From: Felis catus
Taxonomy: Eukaryota
DNA length: 64,000 bases
Direction: 5' to 3'
Assembly (NCBI RefSeq): GCF_018350175.1
Contig: NC_058368.1
Span: 54,500,001-54,564,000, forward strand
Of the stretch, positions 1 to 12,463 are shown piece after piece; position 1 is the first letter of the stretch, and each line of letters opens with the position of its first letter. Position numbers and translations under genes: made by a program. The notes beneath the pieces were generated by a model. It did no database searches. It had not been told where the DNA came from and was given only the letters and a program-made list of their open reading frames with translations.

Positions 1-987
1 AAAAGTATCTGAAAGAAATATCCAGGGAAGGAGGAAGAAGGAAAAATGAAAAAGGAGAGAAAGTAAAGGAGAATGGAAGGAAATAAAGGAGAGGAGAGGG
101 AAATGGAAATAGCATTAACTTCACTGGTAGCATTGTTAGAGTAAAATATTTGTGGTTTAGTTTGCATGCCAAATGAACTGAAATCCTTATTCGATAGCTG
201 CAGAACTGGAGAAGAGCTTGGATGGAAGGCCCAGAAGATGCATCTTGCTCCCCCTCCTTTCTGGAATCCATATTTTGACAGTGGCTTCCCAGGTACAGCT
301 TTCCTCCCTTTATTTATGTTCCCCAGGACTACTGCCAATATTAACTCATTCTCTTAACTCAGAACTCTTTCTTTTCAACCACAGAGGAAGAGGGCATATC
401 TACATTTATACTAAAAACAAAAAACAGAGAAAAATATTTAGCCACTAATATATAATAAAAAGATATTTTATTGTCATTGAAAAAAATATTGAATTTAACT
501 AGTTTAAGCTAGTTTATTAATTAAAGCATTAATAAAAGGTTATGGTTTTATTTCAGTCTTGTTCTCAGAAGGCAAACAGTAAAATATGACTCTCAAAAGG
601 AAAATACTTAGGTAAAAATAGCCCACTTGCATTATGAACTATTATGCAGACACAAAAAGAATAATTGATCTGATTTATGACTATTTCCATGATTTAATAA
701 TAAGTGAGGAAAGAAAATAAAGAAAAGGTTCACAGTTAGTATCATTTTTATAAATCAGTGACAAAACCTCCCTCATATGTATATGTGTATATATATTTTC
801 TTATATATTCTTATGTAATGTTACGTATGTATAGATAAAAATAGATAATGATATCTACCAAGTTGTTAATACAGATTTCATGGATAGGGGTGGGTGAGAG
901 ATGTGAATGGAAAAGGATAGGAGAAAAAGACTAAGAACCAAGTTGGCAATTGAGTGGAGGTGGTAACTGGACAAAAAAAAAAGTGTG

Positions 988-990
988 TAT

Positions 991-1055
<65 letters not shown>

Positions 1056-1074
1056 AATATACATATACATATAC
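988..1074 (+). repeat. (TATACA)n microsatellite
   Basis: Tandem atatac/tataca units read directly; this is the source of the MYMYMY stretch in the pseudo-ORF 855..1232(-). Confidence 0.95.
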
Positions 1075-2784
1075 TGTATATATAATAAGTGCTTAATTAC
1101 ACTAATATATATATATAATTGTATATACATGAATTCATATGTGTCTATGCACATGTTTTTCAAAAACAACTGGAAAGAAGAGGACTTAGCCTTTTCTCCA
1201 TCCCATCTAACATTCACTAAAACCACATGCATGCATTAAGAGTTGTACAAACGGATGTGCAGAGATGCCTTCCTATAATTCATCTCATCTCCTCTCTCTA
1301 CAACTTACACAGTGGGATGTAAACTTACACTTTAGTTGCAAACCTCCAAGGGCCAGAAATGTCAGAACTCTACAATGGCAATTCAAACTTGTGAGAAATG
1401 CTACAGTAATCACACCACAGGCTTGGTGAAAATAGTAACCCCTGAATGCAAAAATGAGATTAGCAACAGAAAAAGGAAACCAAAGAAAGAAATGTATACC
1501 AGGTTAAGAGTCAAAACTATTTTTGCTGTTTTCAAAAGCCTATGGTAACCATTAACATGGTGATAATTTTGTAAATGAGTGTTTGCTATTTGTTCTTTCA
1601 GCTTTTAATTTTCTTTAGGTTCTCTTCTCTTGTTTTGATGAAAATATGTATATTTCTCTCTTGTATATTATTTTGAAACTGAAATTTTGTTTTTATCTGA
1701 TTGATATGTGCCCAGTTCTAATATATAAAAAATTCAGTAACCCTTAGCATGAACAATAGCGGTCCCTTGCCTTGCCTCTCCATATCATGATTCCAGCCCC
1801 CCTGAAGCCCATTATGTTATTTTAGCTATTTCTTTTAGGATTTACCTCTATACATCTAAATGATATATTAAAATGTCTACATTCTGGATGTTTGGTTGAC
1901 ACATAATCCACTGCATTCCTCTTATGGAAGTTTTATGTTTAGCTCACTTTTGCCTTATATCCCGCCCCCCCCCCCCGAATGTATAACCCAATACCAATTC
2001 TTTCAATATTGTCATGTAACAATTTTAATTGAATCAATATTTATTCACAGATATAACATCAAGTTCTGCACTGGGCGATTATTTAGTTCATATTTTTTCT
2101 TGAGAAAAATATTTAGTTCATCTTTTTTCTTTGTTGAGTTCTCCTGTCTGCTTGTTGGATCTAAACTGGTCTCTCTGAGCATGGCTTTACCACTGTCATC
2201 TTGAAGCTATCCTCACTATAAATCACTCCCTCTTAGATTGGATCTCTTATTTCCTGAAAGCCATGACTTCCTCTTTCTTGGTACACTTCTTGTGGGAGCA
2301 TATCTTCTATTAGCTTTCTTTAAAAGAATACAAGGGAGAGGATTTTTGTGAAGGTGACATGTATGAACTTGATCTATACTTATAACTGATTAATAGCTTG
2401 ATAGAATACTGAAGCTGAGGCTGTAGATGGTTTCTCCTCAGAATGTTGACCACACTGCTTCATTTTCACTTGCCATCTAGTTGATTTGAGAAATCTAACA
2501 TCATGCTCAATCTAGTCTTTCCTATGTAAACTGTTTTGTTTTCTTTTGCCTTTTTGTAAGCCTTTAGGGACTGTTCTTTTTTCTTGAAGTTCTATAATTT
2601 CATGATCATTTGCTTTGATGTAGTTATTCTCAGCATTTAGTTAGGCCTTTAAATTTTAAAATTGATGCTCTTAGTTTTGGAAATTTTCCTTGATAACTTC
2701 TTCAACAATTTCCTTTTTTTCTGTTTCGTAAGTCTTAATTCCCTAGTACTTCAATTTGGGATATCCTGTGTTGAGTCTCTAATT

Positions 2785-2990
2785 TTATTTTTTTTAAGTT
2801 TATTTATTTATTCTGAGGGAGAGAAAGGGAGGAGGGCGAAGCAGAGAGAGAGGGAGAGATAGAAAATCCCAAGAAGGCTCTGCACTGTCATTGCCCCAAT
2901 GCAGGGTTCAAACTCATAAACCCATGAGATCATGACCTGAGCTGAAATCAAGAGTTGGATGCTTGACAGACAGAGCCACCCAGGTACCCC
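2785..2990 (-). mobile_element. Can-SINE (SINEC, feline type)
   Basis: Reverse-strand SINE ending 'gagccacccaggtacccc'; 11-bp TSD agtctctaatt at 2774-2784 and 2992-3002. Confidence 0.95.
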
Positions 2991-3698
2991 TAGTCTCTAA
3001 TTGTCTTATATTTTCTCTCCTATTTTACTTTTTTAAGAAAATCATATTACCTAGTTTATGATAAAATTCTTTGATAATCTTTTACCTATTCTTTTTTTTA
3101 ATTTATTTTTCCTTGTTCTCTGAATTTTTATTGTATATTGTTATTTCTTCACGTAACTCGAAATTTTCCTTATTTTCCTAAGAATGTTAATAGCAGTTTC
3201 TGTTTGCTTCTTTGCAATCTTCTTCTCTCCTAGAATTGCTTCTGTTTCCTCTAATTCCCACTTTGTTTCCGGATCATTAACATCAGTGTCTGTCTTTCAT
3301 GTACTTGCATGTCTTGTGCATCCATTCACTTTTAAGAATGAGGCGCTAAAATGTTCATTAGAAGATTTGTTTGGAGTGGGAAAAGCATTTCAACAGTCTA
3401 TATGCGTATCTAGTAGAACAAGCAAAGGTGGATGTGGCTTTTTTATTTGTAAAATCCACACATATTGTTATCTGTAATTTTTCCTGGGCCAGATTCCTCC
3501 AAAGAATTCTCTCCAATTTCCTATTTGAGGCTTAGAGGAAGGAAAGATAAAGTCTTGGCATATAGTGCTCAGAAATCCCAAAGGGAGCTAGAAACTATAT
3601 ATTAATATAGAGAATTTCCATTTTTCATCACTACCCCTCTCCCCCACTCTCTGCTATAGTTGGTGACTGACTCCTATCCCCTCTCTTTCCATCTTCTT

Positions 3699-3699
3699 T

Positions 3700-3743
<44 letters not shown>

Positions 3744-3938
3744 TGTTTACTTATTTTTGAGAGAGAGACAGAGTATGAGTGGGGACGGGCAGAGAGAGAA
3801 GGAGACACAGAATCCGAGACAGGCTCCAGGCTCCAAGCTGTCAGCACAGAGCCCCACATGGGGCTCAAACTCACAAACCATGAGATCGTGACCTGAGCGA
3901 AGTCGGATGCTCAACTGACTGAGCCATCCAGGTGCCCC
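3699..3938 (-). mobile_element. Can-SINE with (TAAA)n tail
   Basis: Head 'gagccatccaggtgcccc', GA tract and (ttta)n tail; TSD tccatcttctt / tcaatcttctt. Confidence 0.95.
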
Positions 3939-4032
3939 TCAATCTTCTTATGAACGAAAATGCCTTATCATCCCATAGAAATTGAATTAGACAGGTGTTT
4001 ATCTCTACATAGCTTAAGAGGGAACCTGGGGT

Positions 4033-4245
4033 GGGGGCACCTAAGTGGCTCAGTTAGTTAAGCATCAAACTCTTGATTTTGGCTCAGGTCTTGATCTCAT
4101 GGTTTCTGAGAGCCAGCCCTGTGTCAGGCTCCTCATAGAGCTCAACATGGAGCCTGCTTAACATTCTCTCTGTCCTTCTCCCTCTGCCCCTCCCCAACTT
4201 GCTTTCTCTCTCTAAATAAATAAATTAATTAATTAATAAAAATAA
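4033..4245 (+). mobile_element. Can-SINE
   Basis: Head 'ggggcacctaagtggctcagttagttaagc'; 17-bp TSD aagagggaa(c/t)ctggggt at 4016-4032 and 4246-4262. Confidence 0.95.
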
Positions 4246-5194
4246 AAGAGGGAATCTGGGGTCATAACTGTTCTTTATGTAGTCTCCCAATTTTTTTAAA
4301 TTAATTTATGTTAATGTTTTATATAATAAATGTTAAATATTTTTGAAATATGTTACAAATATTTTTCTCAAGGTTTTTGACTTTTAGTTATTTTGGTTCA
4401 AGTAGAACTTCTGAAACTAAAGAAGGTTCTACAACAGCATAGTGAACACCTGCTGTCAGCCAAGTATTCTGTTAACTACTTTCACACAAATTATATCATA
4501 TATCATATTTAGTGCAAGTTGTTAGTCTTCCCATTTTATGTATAATGAAATTGATGTTCTGGAAAGTTAGTAAACCCACTGTCATTGTGCTTGATATGAT
4601 CCATGAAGTGACTAGACATTGAGAATGAGGGCTTCTTTGTTTCTTATCTTTGTTCATATATTTGTCATTATGTCCAATAATTCTAAATGGATACAGGAAC
4701 ACTAGAGTTGTTACCCATAATATATACAGAGGATGTGGACCTAACTTTGTATATACATTAAAACATAAAAGAAAAAGCTGTTTTTACCTTTTTAAGAGTC
4801 TTATCTAATCAGATTGTGTTCTTTAATGCAAATTGGTGGGTATAAATGTACAGTAATCCAAGATGATATGAACTGCCATATTATTGTAAATTTGCATCAT
4901 TAAGAGGCCTTAATTCAAACAAATGCTCATATAGTGTTTTCTTCAGTGCTTTAGTCAGATAAACTTGAGAATTCTATCTTCCTGGAACTCTGCTAATTCT
5001 GGTTTGTCAGGAGTCTATAGGATTCTTGTAGTCTCAGTTTCACTACTGGGATTTACACCAACCTGATTATTTACTTCAATGGCTCTAAGCTACTTGATTC
5101 TGAAATCTGGCTAGCTGAGTGATCCATAAACTGTTTTAGACATGTGAGGATGAATGAACACTTTCTAATTATTTTTATAAAGCAAATATATTAT

Positions 5195-5850
5195 TGATAA
5201 CTAAGTCTGACAATGATATTATAAGCAAGGAATACTACAGAAAAATAGTACTTCTTAATATTGATGCAAAATACCAAGTACAATATTAGCAAACAGAATT
5301 CAAAGTCACATTAAGAAAATCATACACTATGAAAAAGTTGAATATGTTCCAGAAATTCAAGATTGGTTTAATATTAGTATTTCCATTAATATCTCACATA
5401 ATAAAATATATAAAAATTTTCCTTAGTTGCTAAAAATATCTTCAAGAAATTCAACATTTATTTTTCATTTATAGAAAATATTCAAGGAAATAGAACTTTC
5501 TAGAGACGTTCTTATATGCTATGATACATATGCTTTAGTCCTAAAGTCAGTTTCTTACTTAATGGAGAATCTATAGAGACATTTCAACTAAAAAACAAAC
5601 AAACAAACAAACAAACAAACAAACAAACAAACAAAATGGAGAGAATGCCCATAATCTCCAATAAGGTGGCAGGATATAAAATTAACATACACAAATCAAT
5701 GGCCTCCATACATACAAAACATAACCAGTTTGATGACATAACGGTACGAAAAACTTCATTGACATTAGCAAAAAATAAGGTTAACATATTTGGACAAACA
5801 AAATAAGAAATGTAAAATATATATAAGATAAACTCTAAAGTCCTCCTGAA
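5195..5850 (+). mobile_element. Old L1 (L1M) ORF2 fragment, reverse-transcriptase region, decayed
   Basis: Degenerate matches to the L1 ORF2p motifs NIDAKIL..ILANRIQ.HIKKIIH..GWFNI ('aatattgatgcaaaa', 'atattagcaaacagaattcaa', 'cacattaagaaaatcatacac', 'gattggtttaatatt') and KVAGYKINIQKS ('aaggtggcaggatataaaattaacatacacaaatca'). Confidence 0.85.
5593..5635 (+). repeat. (AAAC)n microsatellite
   Basis: About 10 tandem aaac units. Confidence 0.95.
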
Positions 5851-5856
5851 AGGGTG

Positions 5857-7485
5857 GACTTCTGTTCCCATCTGGGAGTACTGAAGCATTCTTCCTTCTA
5901 ACTGCTGGGGTGGTATCAGAGATCAGAGGAGGCCTAGTGGAGAGGCAGGACTTTTACCACCCCCCAGAAGTAAAGAGGCCACGGCCTCTGTGGTGTCACT
6001 GGAAGCCCTGGAGAAAGCAGTAATGAGGAGCTTTTTCACCACTAAGCCTAAGAGGTATCAGTGGAGACCTATTTGAGAACTAGAACTGTCACTGATACCC
6101 CTAGTAACACGGAACCCCTCATCAGCTCAAAAGTCAATGAAGACCTATTGGGGAACTAGGCTTCTAACCCAGTAAAAAGGCTCCCACCCCCCTTCCCCTG
6201 CTAGAGCAGTGTCAAAAGAAAAATCTAAGATAGAAGGTTAAATAATTTCCAGAGACTCATAAAATAATACTCCAAATGTCTGAATTAACTGAAAATCATC
6301 CATGATATTAAGAATCAAAATATCTCAAACAGAATGATAAAAAAATACTTATTGGGTGCCAAATAATTATCATAAAATGCTTCAACAAGCAGTAACAAAC
6401 ACATGAAATAAGTGAAATCATAGAAAGTCTATGCAAAAAAATAGAAGATATAAAGAACAAAATGAAAATTTTATAAAAATACAACAATCAAAATACTAAT
6501 AATAAAAACAAAATCCTCCATAAATGGAATCAATAGTAGAATGGAGGAGACCAGGGTGTAAACAAGTGAACTTGAAGACAGAAAAATAGAAATGACCCAA
6601 TCTGCACAACAGAAAGAAAACAGACTGAAAAAAGTAATTGCCCAGAGCCTCAGTGGCTTGTGGGACTATAACAAAAGATCTAACATTTGTGTCATTGGAG
6701 TCCCACAAGGACAGGAGAACGGGGAAGTAGCAGAAATACTACTCAAAGTAACAATGGGAGAAAACTTTCCAAATTTGCCAAAAGACACAAATGTACATAT
6801 TCAGAAAGCTGAGTGAATTCCAAGCAGGATAAACCCAAACAAACCCCCATCAAGAAACATAATAGTCAAACATCCGAGAACTAAAGACAGGAAAAACAAG
6901 ACAAAACAAAGCAAAACAAACAAACAAAAATACTGAAAGCAGTGAGATAGAAAAGTCACCTTACCTATAAACAAACAAACAAACAAACAAACAAACACCA
7001 TTTAGAATGACAGTGGTCTTCTCATGAGCAACCAAGAAGGGCAGAAAGACAGATTCAACAGTTTTTAAGTGGTGAAAGAAAAGAATGCTTACCTCCACAT
7101 ACTACAGCCAAGGAAAATATTCTTCAGAAACTGAAGAAAAAACAGCGCATTCTTCAGATGCAAAGAAAATTTGTTATCAGCAGATATAAAAGAATGACTA
7201 AAGAAAGTTATGTAAACAGAGGAAAGGGTAAAAGATGGAATCTCATAACATCTAGAGGGAAGTAAGAACAATGCAAAGAACAAAAATGTGTTTAAATACA
7301 TTTTTCTTCTCCTCTCGAGTTTCCTAAATTATATTTCATTGTTGAAGCAAACTTTAAGACACTATTTGATATGGCTCTAAATGAATATAGGGGAAATGTT
7401 AAGACAATTACAAATAGGGAGAGTTAAAGGGATGTTAAAGAAGTTCAGGTTTCTCTACTTCACTCAAACTGGTAAGTATATGGTG
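5857..7485 (+). mobile_element. Old L1 (L1MC/L1MD-like) 5' region, ORF1 remnant and inter-ORF
   Basis: ORF 6592..6816 reads ..LWDYNKRSNICVIGVPQG..GENFPNL..HIQKAE and continues past a stop as IPSRINP..SRNIIVK, matching the L1 ORF1p RRM (WDYVKRPNLRLIGVPE..ENFPNL..TPRHIIV). It carries stops and frameshifts. Confidence 0.85.
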
Positions 7486-8155
7486 GATAATGACAGCCAG
7501 GTTTCTCACTGTCCAGGTCAGGCATTACAAATAAGGAAAAGGATAAGGCCAGGATGAAACTTGTGCTGTTGTACTGGAATAAAAAATATCAATATGAAAT
7601 AATATTTTTAAAATGTTAAATATGCACAGATAGTCGGGTATAGATATAGAAGTATGTGAATATGTGTACATACATACATGTGTGTATTGTATTCTAAAAG
7701 GAATTGCACCCAAATAGCAATGAGCAAATCTAGTGCTCAGAAATTCATTTTTAAATGCCATTTACCAACAAAAGGAAAATTGATGCTCCTAGGTCTGGGT
7801 CAAGGGAAGTACAAGATGAACTTGGAACATCAACCACATAACTGCAGAAAGTAAGAAGATGCTAAAAAAAATAGTGCCATGTCAAAAAAAACTCAGAAGA
7901 CACTCCACAAAGCTACCAGTGCTCAAATCTGGGACATCTTTTGCCAAGAAATAATAACGCTAGTAAGGTATTATAGTCAGAATCTATGAGTTTGCACTAA
8001 CATAATAAACATATAAAGAATACATAAGGTAAGTAGGTAGGTAGGTGGGTAGGTAGATAGATAGATAGATGCATACCTATATAGATAAAAAGACAACTTT
8101 TCCTTATAGTACAATTTGAATATAGAGAGAAAGAGTCATAGAAATAGAAAATCAC

Positions 8156-8240
8156 AGGGTGCCTAGGTGGCTCAGTGAGTTAAGTGTCCTACTTTGGCTC
8201 AGGGCATGATCTCCCGGTTCGTGACTTTGAGCCCCGCATG
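8156..8240 (+). mobile_element. Can-SINE 5' head only (no body or tail)
   Basis: 'agggtgcctaggtggctcagtgagttaagtgtcc..tttgagccccgcat', then an abrupt switch to an opposite-strand SINE. Confidence 0.92.
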
Positions 8241-8381
8241 GGAGGGAGACAGAATCCAAAGCAGGCTCCAGGCTCTGAGCTCTCAGCACAGAGCCCCACG
8301 CGGGACTCGAACTCATGAACCATGGGATCATGACCTGAGCCGAAGTTGGATGCTTAACTGACTGAGCCACCCAGGCGTCCC
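8241..8381 (-). mobile_element. Can-SINE 5' ~140 nt (no tail)
   Basis: 'gagggagacagaatccaaagcaggctcc..gagccacccaggcgtccc'; the CT tract and poly(A) are missing. Confidence 0.92.
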
Positions 8382-10242
8382 AATTCCTTAATTTTTACAA
8401 TTGAACTATGGTTACATAATTTGTTTACATTTGGAAAAGCTGGCAAAGGAGTTTTGGGAACTCTTTGTACTGTATTTGCAACTTTTTGTAAGTCTAAAAT
8501 TATTTTTAAATAAAAAGTTTAAAAAGACAAAAGTAAATAAAATAATTAGTATGACTTCCATCTCCTGATTGCACCTATGGTTTCAAATTTGTTGGTATAA
8601 ATAGACTAAAATATTTGGAGATTTATAAAAAGAATATGGAGTTACACTGTAGAAAATAATTTCAATACCCTAGGCTTGTATTTGGTCCTAAAAGAGTTTA
8701 AGTTAAATGTCTCAATTTATTACTGTAGTTATGTTATTAATCTTTACATTTAGATTTAGATTACTCTGTGGCTTATAATTTTAAAGCATTGTGACTTCTT
8801 CCTGTCTTTTATGTAAACTTTTCATGGTTGAATAAAAATCAAGGACAGATTGGGAAGTACTAAAATAGAACAGGCCTTTATCACCATATTTTTCAAATAA
8901 AGTTATCCCAGTATATAATCTTTATAGGCAAGCCCTATTTGGTAAAGAAACTATGCATAAATGTTTGTGTTTCAGACATAGAATAAATTATAAATAGTGT
9001 AGCAATTTCTTATGATTGGCAGAGAACAGAGCACACTGGGGTTTTGAACATTCCACATAGTTTTATTAACATGTATCCTGATTTAGACATTTGGTACACG
9101 TGCAGGCAATATTGGAGCTGAGATAAAATATTTACACTTAGTGTTTCGTGTAAGGCTAAAAAGAAGATAATGTCTTATTTGATAGTTTGAAATAGTTAGA
9201 ATTTGACCAGTTAATATGAATAACTTTGCTTGAAAATCTTTATCTAGATGGTCAGAATTTAGGTGGGTAAGCTGCCTGATTAATTCCAGATTTCAAATAT
9301 TTTCATTCCAAATTTTCTTCCTGTCAAGATAATTATCAGGAACAATATAGATGAGCACAAATTTGGAAATTTTATGTTGTTTAGGGTTAAAAATAAGTTC
9401 ATCATATTTAAAGTTCAGTTGTACTTGGTAAATGTATCCTTAGTCATATTCTAATTTTTAAAAATTTTTGGAAGTAATTTTTGCATGGTTTTGTCACACT
9501 CAGTGTCATTTGGAAGATGAATTCCAGTTGGCTGTATTTCATAGCACCTGCAACTTTAGGAAATAACTAAGATTTTCAGTTGACATGCCCTAGATATCAA
9601 TTTATGTTACAAGTTAAAATGAATATATCTGTGAGCTTGTGAGGCAAGGTGCCTTTGTTAAGAAGAATATCTAATGATGAAGAGCAAATAAGGTCAAACA
9701 GTGATTTAAATCAGTACTCAAGAGGAAAAAAACATACAAAAGTAATGCTTGGAATTTGACCTCAGCTGTTAAGAAGAAAATTAATTACAAGGATATGTAC
9801 AAGCATAAACCTTAGCTTTTCTCAATGTTGTTGATATTTTATAAGCTAAATAAAAAATTACATTTTGTAGTATTGCATGATATATGTAAATCAAGTATTT
9901 TAATAAATTAATATTCTACACCTGAATTTTGTAACATAATAATCCCTCATTATTTTGAGTTGACATTCTGAGATTTAAAATAAATCATGAAAGACTAAAA
10001 AGGGATGCAGATTTCTTGCAATTGGGCCAAATCTCAAACTTTTAGGGGGAGAAAGTTCTCTTGATATTAGATACAGAAACTATACTGATTTAATTTGTTT
10101 AGAGTCTCTGGAACAAAAATGATCCAGCAAAAAGCATGATAACAAATTAATAAAAGATTGAATAATAGAATTACAAACCAATCAAAAAATTTTATATATA
10201 ACCATATACCCGGGCCCTTTTTGAATTTAGTTATTATTTGGA

Positions 10243-10445
10243 GAGGTGCCTGGGGGGATCAGTCAGTTTAGTGTCTGACTCTTGATTTCAGCATGTCATG
10301 ATCTCATGGCTCATTAGATTGAGCCCCACATCAGGCTCTGTTCTGACAGTGCAGAGCCTGCTTGGCATTCTCTCTCTCCCTCTCTCTCTCTGCCCCACTC
10401 CACACTCTCTCTCTCTCCCTGAAAATAATAAATAAACTTAAAAAC
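10243..10445 (+). mobile_element. Can-SINE (diverged)
   Basis: Head 'gaggtgcctggggggatcagtcagttta', CT tract and 'aataaataaacttaaaaa' tail. Confidence 0.92.
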
Positions 10446-10977
10446 ATTAATTACTTTGGAAACTTGATGATACTGAGGGTGGCTTGGAAATTTAATATGC
10501 ATGTTTAGCATTAAGGGTTATGAATGAATATTAGGATATTAAATAAGAATATTTGAAGAGATATTGGTTATTTTGTCAAGTCGTGAGTTTATTTAACTTT
10601 AAAATACATTTAGGAGATAACAATTGACCATCTACAGTTGGATTTTGGGGAAAAAATTTCTAAAGATGCAGACATCTTTGACCTAGGTCTTTCTTAGAAT
10701 AGAGCAAAGGGGGGAAGAAAAGAATTTGCAAAGGATAGCTACAGGGGCAATTATAGGTGACAAATTCTGGGCTTTATTGACATGTTTCTTTAATACAAAC
10801 CTGGAAAGAAAAAAACAAGTTTTCTGAAAGGGATGTGTAGAAGGAGCACAGATGTCACTGAAGGGCTAGTGTGCCCCTGCAAATAGGAGCTATAGTCTCC
10901 AGAATATTTCAGCGACAATGCTGACCTTTAGAAACACCAAGAAATACTTGAGAAAGACTGACCGAAATATGTCCTTC

Positions 10978-11070
10978 AGGGAGGCAAGGGCTATTTCTAT
11001 CTTGCTCATCCTTATGTTTCCAGGCCATAATGGAGTACTTGACACTTAGATGATACTTAGCAAGACTTTA
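10978..11070 (+). mobile_element. L2 3'-end fragment
   Basis: 'gaggcaagggctatttctatcttgctcatc..tacttgacacttagatgatacttagcaa' resembles the L2 3' terminus. Confidence 0.6.
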
Positions 11071-11089
11071 TTTAAGAGAAAGAAATTTA

Positions 11090-11283
11090 GGGGCACTTGG
11101 GTGGTTTAGTTGGTTAAGCATTCAACTCTTGATTTTGTCTCAGGTCACGATCTCACAGATCAGAGGGCTAGGTGTGGGGCCTGCTTAAGAGTCTCTCTCT
11201 CCCTCTCCCTCTACCCTTCCCCCACTCATGCACACAGGCATGTGTGCACATATGCATGCTCTCTCTCTCTCAAGAAAAAAAAA
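11090..11283 (+). mobile_element. Can-SINE with internal deletion
   Basis: Head 'ggggcacttgggtggtttagttggttaagc'; TSD aagagaaaga(n)ttta on both sides. Confidence 0.9.
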
Positions 11284-11374
11284 AGAGAAAGAAAAAAAAA
11301 TTTAATCACTGCTTTTTTCCTTTATTTTCGAACTTCAACTACAGTATTTATTACAGTCTGTTGAGTTATTATAC

Positions 11375-11565
11375 AGTATGCTGAATATTGAGAACTGAAT
11401 TTCAAGCAGTATAGAAATAGCTTTCAATCAAATTCTATTCACTATTAGTTTGAGAATTTAGGAAATTTACTTACCTCCACTGATTGTCAGTTTCCTTATC
11501 TGTGAATTGAGATTAATACAATGAAAATTATATATAAGAAGTGTAGCACAATGCCTATGTAATGT
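11375..11565 (+). mobile_element. MIR
   Basis: MIR core-like 'ttaggaaatttacttacctccactgattgtcagtttccttatctgtgaattgagattaata'. Confidence 0.7.
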
Positions 11566-11599
11566 GGAGTCAGTGGACTGAATAGAAGATGATAAAATC

Positions 11600-12215
11600 A
11601 GAATAGAGAATTACAAATTTGGGGTAAGACATCTGCTGAAAATCTGGCCTAAATGAAGCGGTTGTGTTAGAAATGTAGCAAATGGCATATTCCCTCATGA
11701 TTTATGCAATAGTACTAGATTTTTCAGTTTACAAGGAGAACAAATTTATGTCCCCTAACAGTGGTGAATATTTAGGAGTTATTTGCCAATGCTCTAGCTC
11801 AAGGGCAAGGAAGATCATTTCGTTCATTGGCTGGTGCTTATTACTCCATTTCTAGAGCAATGCTACTGTTAGAAATGGAAACTAGGTTGTATATGGACCT
11901 ACGCTGATCTCTGTCCTACTGGTTCTCAAGAAGAATAAGGAGAAAAACTGGTAAGATCACCTTTGGAATCCGGTATATTACTGCAGTGAACTGACTCTGA
12001 AGACTAATGGACAGACGGAGACTTAAGAGAGCAGTGTGAGAATCTAGCATTCATTCTGAAGACAACAAAAAGAAGCTAGGGCAAGGTCGTAATTTTTACC
12101 CACAAGTGGAGGACAAGGAGTACAGGAGGTGGGCTAAGGTTGTTGATGTGATTTCTTCCTGGGTCATGTTGGGTTCTCTTTGTCATGGAAGAAAATGAAA
12201 ATAAGCTCGTGGAGA
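11600..12215 (+). mobile_element. Probable ancient L3/CR1 LINE 3' fragment
   Basis: Ordered weak matches to CR1 ORF2 C-terminal motifs: SRARKII (cf. SRSREVI), VLITPFLEQC (cf. ALVRPHLEYC), RRRLKR (cf. KRRLRG). 'gggtcatgttgggttctctttgtcatggaag' resembles the L3 3' end. Very diverged. Confidence 0.4.
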
Positions 12216-12232
12216 CAAAAAGGGGAATTTGA

Positions 12233-12463
12233 GGGGTACTTGGGTGGCTCAGTCGATTAAGCACCCAACTTTGGCTCAGGTCATGATCTTGCAGTTGATG
12301 AGTTCAAGCCTCACATCAGGCTCTGTGCTGACACCTCAGAGTCTTAATCCAGCTTCAAATTCTGTGTCTCCCTCTCTCTCTGCCCCTTCCCCACTCGTGC
12401 TCTGTCCCTCTCTCTCTCTCTCTCAAAAATAAATAAACATTAACCAAAAAAAACCAAAAAACA
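12233..12463 (+). mobile_element. Can-SINE
   Basis: Full length; 16-bp TSD aaaaagg(g/a)gaatttga at 12217-12232 and 12464-12479. Confidence 0.96.

Larger units (their letters stand above)
1690..4290 (-). mobile_element. Ancient HAL1-like (half-L1) element, interrupted by three SINEs
   Basis: Collinear similarity to the recalled HAL1 consensus, e.g. 'gggagcatatcttctattagctttc', 'tttctcctcagaatgttgaccacactgcttcatt', 'ctataatttcatgatcatttgctttgatgtag', 'gaggcgctaaaatgttcattagaag', 'gagggaatctggggtcataactg'. Boundaries approximate. Confidence 0.65.
7486..8525 (+). mobile_element. L1MC/L1MD-like 3' UTR, broken by the fused SINE pair at 8156-8381
   Basis: 'agccaggtttctcactgt..ttacaaataaggaa' and the terminal 'gggaactctttgtactgtatttgcaactttttgtaagtctaaaattatttttaaataaaaag' resemble L1MC/MD 3' ends. 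They also resemble the other copies in this window (51880-52570 and 55095-56500). Confidence 0.75.

Noticed and set aside
855..1232. 125-aa ORF with an MYMYMY run
   Set aside because: Produced by the (TATACA)n microsatellite.
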